From the NCBI GenBank assembly GCA_026388125.1, contig JAPLKJ010000270.1, forward strand, positions 1 through 49,077: 49,077 bases of DNA. Direction: 5' to 3'. Shown in pieces: positions 43,429 through 49,077 of this stretch. This stretch comes from Elusimicrobiota bacterium. Its GTDB lineage: Bacteria > Elusimicrobiota > Elusimicrobia > Elusimicrobiales > UBA9959. Each line of letters begins with the position of its first letter. The first letter of the stretch is position 1. A program made the translations under genes and the position numbers. Below the pieces are notes generated by a model. It saw only the letters and a list, made by a program, of their open reading frames with translations. It searched no databases and was not told where the DNA came from.

Positions 43429-44010
43429 ATGAAGATGATCATTGGGCTATTAAACCGCAGAGACCCGCTGCAGATCCTGCTGGCCTTATACCAGCGCGGA
43501 GGGCTTCGCTTTGGCCAGATCCAGAACTTACTGGACCTGAACCCGACCCAGGTGGACAGAGCGCTGAAATTCCTGACCGGCAACCGCTGGATCAAAACAC
43601 ACCCTAAGCCCGGCAGTAAAAGCCGCGGGCAGGCGGAGTACCGCCTTGAGAAACGCGGCGAGGCGCTGGCTGAAGCCTTCACCTCTTTCACTGCGGCGAT
43701 CCAGCAAAAGAAGGAAGAGCTCGGCGCCGCGGAACTTGCTGAATTCCAGGAATTCTGGCTGCCCACATTAGCTGCCGGAAAGAAAGTCATACACGGCAGA
43801 TCAGGCAGCAGCGTAACTATCCGGCAGTTTCCCCGGGATGAAAAAGAAGAACTTGCGGAATACCGCGCCGGCTGCCTGATGCTGCCGCCCAAGAAAAGGG
43901 TCAGCAGGGTAATGGAACTTTCCCGCAGGGTGGGTTTATTGAACCACGCCGGTCCACGGGTACCGCATATCGCCCCGCAGGTAAGGATAATCCATGACGC
44001 CTTTAAATAA
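43429..44010 (+). CDS. Winged-helix DNA-binding protein with an unassigned ~110-aa C-terminal domain
   Basis: HxlR/PadR/ArsR-like wHTH (LQILLALYQRGGLRFGQIQNLLDLNPTQVDRALKFLTGNRWIK...AEYRLEKRGEAL). The start is at 43429 or 43435, because the ORF-track start at 43378 lies upstream of the promoter. Confidence 0.6.
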   Translation: MKMIIGLLNRRDPLQILLALYQRGGLRFGQIQNLLDLNPTQVDRALKFLTGNRWIKTHPKPGSKSRGQAEYRLEKRGEALAEAFTSFTAAIQQKKEELGAAELAEFQEFWLPTLAAGKKVIHGRSGSSVTIRQFPRDEKEELAEYRAGCLMLPPKKRVSRVMELSRRVGLLNHAGPRVPHIAPQVRIIHDAFK

Positions 44011-44482
44011 CAGCCCCATCGATGATTACGCGGCCCTTATCGCCGCCCTGAACGCACACCGCGTCGAATTCATGATCGTCGGCGCGTACGCGGTGGGGCT
44101 TCACGGGTATATCCGGGCCACCATGGATATAGATATTTTTGTAAACCCCGAACAAAGAAATGCCTCCCGGGTTTCAGCAGCGCTGAAGGACTTCAACGGG
44201 GTGAAGGTCAACCCGAAAGAGATCAAAAAGAACACCATGATCGAGCTAGGGAAAGAACCGAACAGCCTGCATATTATCACGAACATAACCGGTGTGGAAT
44301 GGAAAAAAGCCTGGAAGAGCCGGGTACAGAGCGAACTTGGGGATCAACCCGCGGCCTTTATCTCCAGAGAGTGCTTGATCGAGAATAAACGCGCGTGCGG
44401 GCGGGACAAGGACAAACTGGACCTGATCGGGCTTGGCGCGGAACCGGCACAACAAAAAACGAAAAGGAAGAACCGCCGTTAA
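43994..44482 (+). CDS. Minimal nucleotidyltransferase-fold protein (AbiEii/MNT/DUF2204-like)
   Basis: 162 aa. VEFMIVGAYAVGLHGYIRATMDIDIFV matches the G-x(n)-D-x-D pol-beta-type NTase pattern. It has a basic C-terminal tail and a 17-nt overlap with the upstream wHTH gene. Confidence 0.5.
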   Translation: MTPLNNSPIDDYAALIAALNAHRVEFMIVGAYAVGLHGYIRATMDIDIFVNPEQRNASRVSAALKDFNGVKVNPKEIKKNTMIELGKEPNSLHIITNITGVEWKKAWKSRVQSELGDQPAAFISRECLIENKRACGRDKDKLDLIGLGAEPAQQKTKRKNRR

Positions 44483-44597
44483 GACCTTGAAATATATGGG
44501 CGCAGTGGACACCCAGGTGGACACCAGGCTATTTCCACCGCCATAATTCAATAATATTTGGAGTAAGCCTCTTTCTATTTGTAGAATATGAATTACC

Positions 44598-44672
44598 GCG
44601 CGGTTAGCTCAGCGGTAGAGCGCCTCTCTTACACAGAGGATGCCACAGGTTCAAATCCTGTACCGCGCACCA
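44598..44672 (+). tRNA. tRNA-Val (anticodon TAC), CCA encoded
   Basis: Cloverleaf folded by hand: acceptor GCGCGGT/ACCGCGC, D arm GCTC/GAGC, anticodon stem CCTCT/AGAGG with loop CTTACAC, T arm ACAGG-TTCAAAT-CCTGT, discriminator A, CCA. Confidence 0.9.
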
Positions 44673-44711
44673 GTTTTTTCGATACTGATTCCAACCCGGG
44701 GGAACCTCAAA

Positions 44712-46712
44712 ATGTCCAACGACGAAAAACGCGACGATCTGCCGCTCGAAGAAATGCGCTCCGAAGAGGGCGTGGAGCTTATAGACGAGCCGAAAGAATC
44801 CCCCCACGTAGCCGGCCTCTCCCCCGAAGAAATAGAACTCAAGTGGTACCGGGAAGTATACCAGGGCGACACCATGCAGCAGCTCACGGTGCGCTCGGTC
44901 ATCATGGGCTCCTTCCTTGGCGGGTTCATGTCGCTGTCCAACCTTTACATCGGCCTTAAGACCGGCTGGGGCCTGGGCGTGGCCATCACCGCCTGCGTGC
45001 TCTCCTACAGCATCTGGAAAACGCTGCGCACGCTGCTGCCGTTCCTGTTCAAGTCCGACATGACCATCCTGGAGAACAACTGCATGCAGTCCTCGGCCTC
45101 CTCGGCGGGCTATTCCACCGGCGGCACCATGGTCTCCGCCATCTCCGCTTACCTGATAATAACCGGCCACCACATGAGCTGGCAGGTGCTGTCGCTGTGG
45201 ACCTTCTTCCTGGCCTCCCTCGGCGTGTTCATAGCCATCCCCATGAAGCGCCAGATGATAAACATAGAGCAGCTTAAATTCCCCAGCGGCATAGCCGCGG
45301 CGGAAACACTCAGAAGCCTGCACGCCAAGGGCAACGAAGCCTCGGATAAAGCCCGGGCCATGGGCATAGCGGGCCTGTTCGGCGCGGCCATCTCCTACCT
45401 GCGCGATAAAGGCCTGTTCGGCTTCCAACTGCCGGGCATGATCCCTTTCAAAGGCTATATCAAGGGCCAGCCGCTGGAAAAATGGACCTTCTCCTTCGAG
45501 GTGAGCGCGCTGATGATAGCGGCCGGCGCCATCATAGGCTGGAAAATGGCCTGGTCCCTGCTGCTGGGCTCGGTTATTAATTACGGCGTACTCGCGCCTT
45601 ACGTTTCCGGCCTGCCCGCCGACGCCGCCGGGAAATTCGCCATAGACACCACCAAGCTCGGCTACCGCGCCATAGTGCAGTGGAGCACCTGGGGCGGCGC
45701 GTCCATCATGGTAACCTCGGGCCTGTTCATGTTCGCGCTGCAGTGGAAGACCGTGCTGCGCGCCTTCGGCGGCCTTACGAATATTTTCCACAAACGCCCG
45801 GACACGGCGGCCGATCCTCTGGCGCATATCGAAGTACCGGGCACCTGGTTCGTCACCGGCACGGCCATCTCCGGCTTCGGCTGCATCATGGTGCTGCACT
45901 ACGCCTTCCAGACCAGCTGGTGGATGGGCCTGGTGGCCGTAATAATGACCTTCTTCCTGGCCATAGTGGCGGCCCGCGCCACCGGCGAATCCGACATCAC
46001 CCCGATAGGCGCCATGGGCAAGATAACGCAGCTTACCTTCGGCATGCTGGCTCCGTCCAACATGACCACCAACCTGATGACCGCCTCCGTAACGGCGGGC
46101 GCGGCCGGCGCCACCGCCGACCTGCTCACCGACCTTAAGAGCGGCTACCTGCTGGGCGCCAACCCGCGCAAGCAGTTCCTGGCCCAGTTCCTCGGCATCT
46201 TCGCCGGCACGCTGGTAGTAGTGCCCGCCTTCTACATACTGGTGCCCGACGCTTCCGCGCTGGGTTCCGAGCAGTGGCCGGCCCCGTCGGCGCAGGTTTG
46301 GGCCGCGGTGGCCCGGCTCCTGTCCAACGGCGTGCACTCCCTGCACCCCGCCGCGCGCATGGCCATGCTCATCGGCGGCCTGGTAGGCATCATCATCCCG
46401 CTGCTGGAGCTGGCGTTCCCGAAGCACCGCAAATATATCCCCTCCGCCATGGGCCTGGGCCTTTCTATGGTGATCGGGTTCTACAACTCCTTCTCCATGT
46501 TCCTGGGCGGCCTGATAGCGCTGATCTTCGAGAAAAAGAACCGCGCCGCGGCCGAGAAGTACATAATCCCGGTCAGCTCGGGCATCATAGCCGGCGAATC
46601 GCTGATGGGCGTGGGCATAGCGCTGTACGATGCCAGGGCCATGTTCTCGGCCTTCCTGGCCCCGATAAGGCCGTTCCTGCACTCTGTCAAGGTATTTCTG
46701 CATCTGGCCTGA
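44712..46712 (+). CDS. OPT-family oligopeptide transporter
   Basis: About 16 TM segments with OPT-type motifs (REVYQGD..QLT, GLKTGWG, QLKFPSGIAAAETLRSLH, TDLKSGYLLGANPRKQF). The start is set at the ATG at 44712, because the ORF-track start at 44640 lies inside tRNA-Val. Confidence 0.85.
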   Translation: MSNDEKRDDLPLEEMRSEEGVELIDEPKESPHVAGLSPEEIELKWYREVYQGDTMQQLTVRSVIMGSFLGGFMSLSNLYIGLKTGWGLGVAITACVLSYSIWKTLRTLLPFLFKSDMTILENNCMQSSASSAGYSTGGTMVSAISAYLIITGHHMSWQVLSLWTFFLASLGVFIAIPMKRQMINIEQLKFPSGIAAAETLRSLHAKGNEASDKARAMGIAGLFGAAISYLRDKGLFGFQLPGMIPFKGYIKGQPLEKWTFSFEVSALMIAAGAIIGWKMAWSLLLGSVINYGVLAPYVSGLPADAAGKFAIDTTKLGYRAIVQWSTWGGASIMVTSGLFMFALQWKTVLRAFGGLTNIFHKRPDTAADPLAHIEVPGTWFVTGTAISGFGCIMVLHYAFQTSWWMGLVAVIMTFFLAIVAARATGESDITPIGAMGKITQLTFGMLAPSNMTTNLMTASVTAGAAGATADLLTDLKSGYLLGANPRKQFLAQFLGIFAGTLVVVPAFYILVPDASALGSEQWPAPSAQVWAAVARLLSNGVHSLHPAARMAMLIGGLVGIIIPLLELAFPKHRKYIPSAMGLGLSMVIGFYNSFSMFLGGLIALIFEKKNRAAAEKYIIPVSSGIIAGESLMGVGIALYDARAMFSAFLAPIRPFLHSVKVFLHLA

Positions 46713-46730
46713 GGTACCCGCACAACGGTA

Positions 46731-46760
46731 AAAAAGCCCGGCTCCGGCCGGGTTTTTTTA
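46731..46760 (+). terminator. Rho-independent terminator after the OPT transporter
   Basis: AAAAAGCCCGGC-TCCG-GCCGGGTTTTTTT. Confidence 0.8.
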
Positions 46761-46833
46761 CGCCAGGCGGCGAGGCGGCCACATTCTTATGGAAATATAT
46801 TTCTAATTTTGATATCCTATACAAATCAGTTGC

Positions 46834-46912
46834 GGGGTCGTGGTGTAGCCTGGTTTAACACGTCGCCCTGTCAAGGCGAAGACCGCGGGTTCGAATCCCG
46901 TCGACCCCGCCA
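46834..46912 (+). tRNA. tRNA-Asp (anticodon GTC), CCA encoded
   Basis: Acceptor GGGGTCG/CGACCCC, D arm GTGT/ACAC, anticodon stem TCGCC/GGCGA with loop CTGTCAA, T arm GCGGG-TTCGAAT-CCCGT, discriminator G, CCA. Confidence 0.9.
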
Positions 46913-46931
46913 GATTTTCAGTCTGGCAAAT

Positions 46932-46961
46932 AAAAAAGCTCCCCGAAAGAGGAGCTTTTTT
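46932..46961 (+). terminator. Rho-independent terminator after tRNA-Asp
   Basis: AAAAAGCTCC-CCGAAAGA-GGAGCTTTTTT. Confidence 0.8.
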
Positions 46962-47142
46962 ACTTTATACGGCCGGCGGGTCAGCCCAGCGGCCGCATCC
47001 ACAGAAAAATAAGGACGAAGATAGCCGCGCCTACTAGCACGACGACCAGCTTTGTCAGGGGCAGGCTCACTTTAACCGCTACATACTTATTCGGCTGTCC
47101 CGCGCTCTCCTTCCGCAACCGGGCGGCCGCAGGCGGGGCAGT

Positions 47143-47520
47143 TCACGCGGGCCTCCGCGCCGGCACTATCTCCAGCCAGTAGCCGTCGGGGTCTTCGATG
47201 AAATACAGCCCCATGGCCTCGTTCTCGTAGCAGATGCAGCCCATTTTTTTATGCAGCTCATGGGCGGCGCTGTAATCCTCCACGGTAAACCCCAGGTGCG
47301 TTTCGTTGTCGCCCAGGTTATATTTCTCTTTCCTGTCGCGCAGCCAGGTCAGTTCCAGCTTATGCGGCGTGGCGCCGTCGCCCAGGAAGACCAGCGTGAA
47401 GCTGCCGTCCGCCGCTTCTTTGCGGCGGGTCTCCGCAAGGCCCAGCGCCTCCTTGTAGAACTTCAGGCTTTTATCCAGGTCGATCACGTTGAAGCTGTTA
47501 TGCGAAAAAATAAATTTCAT
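47143..47520 (-). CDS. VOC-family protein, glyoxalase I-like (lactoylglutathione lyase)
   Basis: 125 aa. HNSFNVIDLDKSLKFYKEALGL...LELTW...HLGFTVED...FIEDPDGYWLEIV is the typical paired beta-alpha-beta-beta-beta glyoxalase pattern. Confidence 0.75.
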   Translation of the reverse strand: MKFIFSHNSFNVIDLDKSLKFYKEALGLAETRRKEAADGSFTLVFLGDGATPHKLELTWLRDRKEKYNLGDNETHLGFTVEDYSAAHELHKKMGCICYENEAMGLYFIEDPDGYWLEIVPARRPA

Positions 47521-47599
47521 GTTTCCCTCCGCGCCGGGTTTACAGGTTTATCTTACAATATCTTGCGCAGCAGGCGGCTCTAACAGTTATAATAAAGGC

Positions 47600-48211
47600 A
47601 TGACAGAGCTTATAGGCTACGCCGCGTCGGCGCTGGTGGCGGTTTCGCTGCTTACCAGCAACGTGCTGCGCCTGCGGGTGCTGAACCTGGCCGGGGCCGT
47701 GGTTTTCGTGCTGTACGCCGCCCTTACCCGCGCCTGGCCGGTGCTGGCGGTGAACCTGTTCGTGGCCGCCATAGATCTGTGGCATATCGTCAGCCTGAAA
47801 TCTAAAAAAGATATTTTCAAGCTGATGCGGGTGAACACGGACAACCCGCTGCTGGCCAATTTCCTGGCCTATCACGCGCGCGGCATCTGGCAGTTCTTCC
47901 CCGATTTCGACATTTCCAAATTAAGCGACCCGCGCTGTATTTTCATACTGCGCAATCTGCTGCCCGTCGGGCTTTTCATCTATACCGAAGAGCGCCCGGA
48001 CATCCGCGTGCACCTGGATTACGTGGCCGAGGACTACCGCGACCTTAAAAGCGCGCGCTACCTGTTCAACAGGCCGCAGAACACCGAAACTTTCGAGGGC
48101 TTTACCGGCTTCACTGCCGTCAGCGGCTCGCTGAAACACGCCGGCTACCTGCGCCGGGTGGGTTTCGAAGAGGACGCCGGCCGCAAAGGCCTTTTCAGGA
48201 AAAAGATATAA
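47600..48211 (+). CDS. Hypothetical membrane protein (YgjV-like N-terminal TM region + unassigned soluble C-terminal domain)
   Basis: ATG at 47600 with AAAGG upstream. Three predicted TM helices precede a ~130-aa soluble part. The ORF-track start at 47489 overlaps the divergent VOC gene. Confidence 0.45.
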   Translation: MTELIGYAASALVAVSLLTSNVLRLRVLNLAGAVVFVLYAALTRAWPVLAVNLFVAAIDLWHIVSLKSKKDIFKLMRVNTDNPLLANFLAYHARGIWQFFPDFDISKLSDPRCIFILRNLLPVGLFIYTEERPDIRVHLDYVAEDYRDLKSARYLFNRPQNTETFEGFTGFTAVSGSLKHAGYLRRVGFEEDAGRKGLFRKKI

Positions 48212-48234
48212 ACCCGCAGCAAATAAAAACCCCC

Positions 48235-48264
48235 GGCTTGAACCGGGGGTTTTTATCACTGGCT
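48235..48264. terminator. Bidirectional hairpin terminator between convergent genes
   Basis: AAAAACCCCCGG-CTTGAA-CCGGGGGTTTTT. Confidence 0.8.
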
Positions 48265-48273
48265 TCAAGGGAA

Positions 48274-49077
48274 CTATTCTTTTTCTATGGGGCTGACAAA
48301 GCCGCCGTTCTCCACGTTGTAGCCGAGGTGGAAGAATTCGCGCAATCCGGCCAGATCAGGGTTCGCGGCCTCTACGGCAGCCACCCGCAGCTCCTGGTCG
48401 CGCTCGGAGCGTATCATATCCGCGATGAAGCGCTGCACAGAAGAATCCCCGGCCGCGCCTGACAGGGCTTTAAGCGCGGCCAGCCGCACGGACTTAGCCT
48501 GCTTATCGCTCTCCACGATGTTCTGGAAAAGGTCCTTCACGGTAAAAACACCTATGGCGCCGTACAGGCTTTTTATTGCCTCTATCTTTACGGCTTCGTT
48601 CTCATTGCCGTACTTCAGAATGTCCACCAGCAGCTGCTGCGCGCGGAAGTTGGCCGAAGCGCCGAAAAGCGCCCAGATGGCGGCGCGGCGGGCGGCGGCG
48701 TCCTTCTCGGAATATTTTACGGCATCCAGCAGGAAATCCATGTAGCGGGGGTTGGCGGCCGCCGCGCCCCAGAGCGCTTTATAAGCCATCACGCGAAGCG
48801 CCGCGGGCTCATTGGAGCCGTACTTCAGCAGGTCCACAAGGGCGTCCTGCGTTTTTACATAGCCGGGAGCGTAGGAAAGGGTGCGGGCCGCTTCCACGCG
48901 GATATCAGCGCGTTCGCTCTTATCCTTTAATATCTCCAGCACCCTGTCGGCGGCGTAGCTGTTCTGTATCTGGGTCCGGGCGCTTTTAACCGCCGCTTTG
49001 CGCACTTCGGGGTCGGCGTCCTTAAGCAGGTCCCTGAGCTGGTCGGGGGCCAGGCTTTTTTTGCAGGCGTCGGCAAA
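48274..49077 (-). CDS. HEAT-repeat protein, 5' end beyond the window
   Basis: Repeated ...D.R..A..AL... units (ADIRVEAARTLS, PAALRVMAYKALWG, DAAARRAAIWALFG, NEAVKIEAIKSLYG, KSVRLAALKALSG, DQELRVAAVEA). The frame stays open upstream of the listed start (..LLKDADPEVRKAAVKS..). Confidence 0.7.
   Translation of the reverse strand, partial: FADACKKSLAPDQLRDLLKDADPEVRKAAVKSARTQIQNSYAADRVLEILKDKSERADIRVEAARTLSYAPGYVKTQDALVDLLKYGSNEPAALRVMAYKALWGAAAANPRYMDFLLDAVKYSEKDAAARRAAIWALFGASANFRAQQLLVDILKYGNENEAVKIEAIKSLYGAIGVFTVKDLFQNIVESDKQAKSVRLAALKALSGAAGDSSVQRFIADMIRSERDQELRVAAVEAANPDLAGLREFFHLGYNVENGGFVSPIEKE

Noticed and set aside
44504-44538. Tandem GTGGACACC(C)AG x2 and the inverted repeat GGTGGA...TCCACC downstream of the NTase gene
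   Set aside because: It is a short, imperfect stem-loop with no U-tract. It could be a weak terminator or a binding site, but the evidence is insufficient to call it.
44640-44711. Upstream start of the OPT transporter ORF
   Set aside because: The first 24 codons lie inside the tRNA-Val gene. The ATG at 44712 is the first start downstream of the tRNA.
44604-46703. 699-aa minus-strand ORF
   Set aside because: It is antisense to the OPT transporter and overlaps tRNA-Val. It is a shadow ORF.
46981-47070. 29-codon hydrophobic minus-strand ORF (VSLPLTKLVVVLVGAAIFVLIFLWMRPLG) between tRNA-Asp and the VOC gene
   Set aside because: It has a GTG start without a convincing SD and is too short to distinguish from chance. 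I kept it only as a note for a possible small membrane protein.
1-49077. Search by eye for CRISPR arrays, rRNA genes, integrases, reverse transcriptases and prophage genes
   Set aside because: I saw no regularly spaced direct repeats and no such genes. The only mobile-element trace is the truncated IS5-like fragment at 3909-4409.

Overview
High-GC (roughly 60-65%) chromosomal segment from a diderm (Gram-negative-type) bacterium. I cannot place the lineage from sequence alone. Most of the window is tightly packed housekeeping: menA-like prenyltransferase; pal-cpoB-tolB; tdk; an SDR epimerase; lptD; ROK glucokinase; folC; murA; prmC; prfA; rpmE; an M23/LysM peptidase; rho; coaE; rhomboid; polA; trxA; smc; mltA; a NamZ-like DUF1343 protein; nadC; uvrB; ispH; an NlpC/P60 hydrolase; an OPT transporter; tRNA-Val and tRNA-Asp. 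Genes from about 8.1 to 29.8 kb all lie on the minus strand, often with overlapping stop/start codons. No CRISPR array, rRNA, integrase or intact IS element was seen. Several items deserve a second look. (1) An ECF sigma / minimal anti-sigma operon, whose promoter box occurs twice, drives two paralogous secreted proteins built from four copies of a ~110-aa module I cannot assign to a family. (2) A Phd/RelE-type toxin-antitoxin cassette with its own near-consensus promoter sits inside the 3' end of uvrB. The uvrB frame reads straight into the antitoxin and no UVR domain is visible. (3) A lower-GC islet next to tRNA-Val encodes a wHTH protein and a minimal nucleotidyltransferase, behind a consensus promoter with a palindromic operator and an apparently leaderless start. 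(4) IspH is fused to a ~285-aa polytopic, possibly UbiA-like, membrane domain. (5) A chimeric BirA-QueG ORF. (6) smc is split by a 1-nt frameshift. (7) A three-gene envelope operon encodes a secreted FecR-domain protein and two putative beta-barrel proteins. (8) Rho and L31 carry low-complexity extensions. All functional calls come from motif recognition by eye; no database search was run. Coordinates of short motifs may be off by a base or two.
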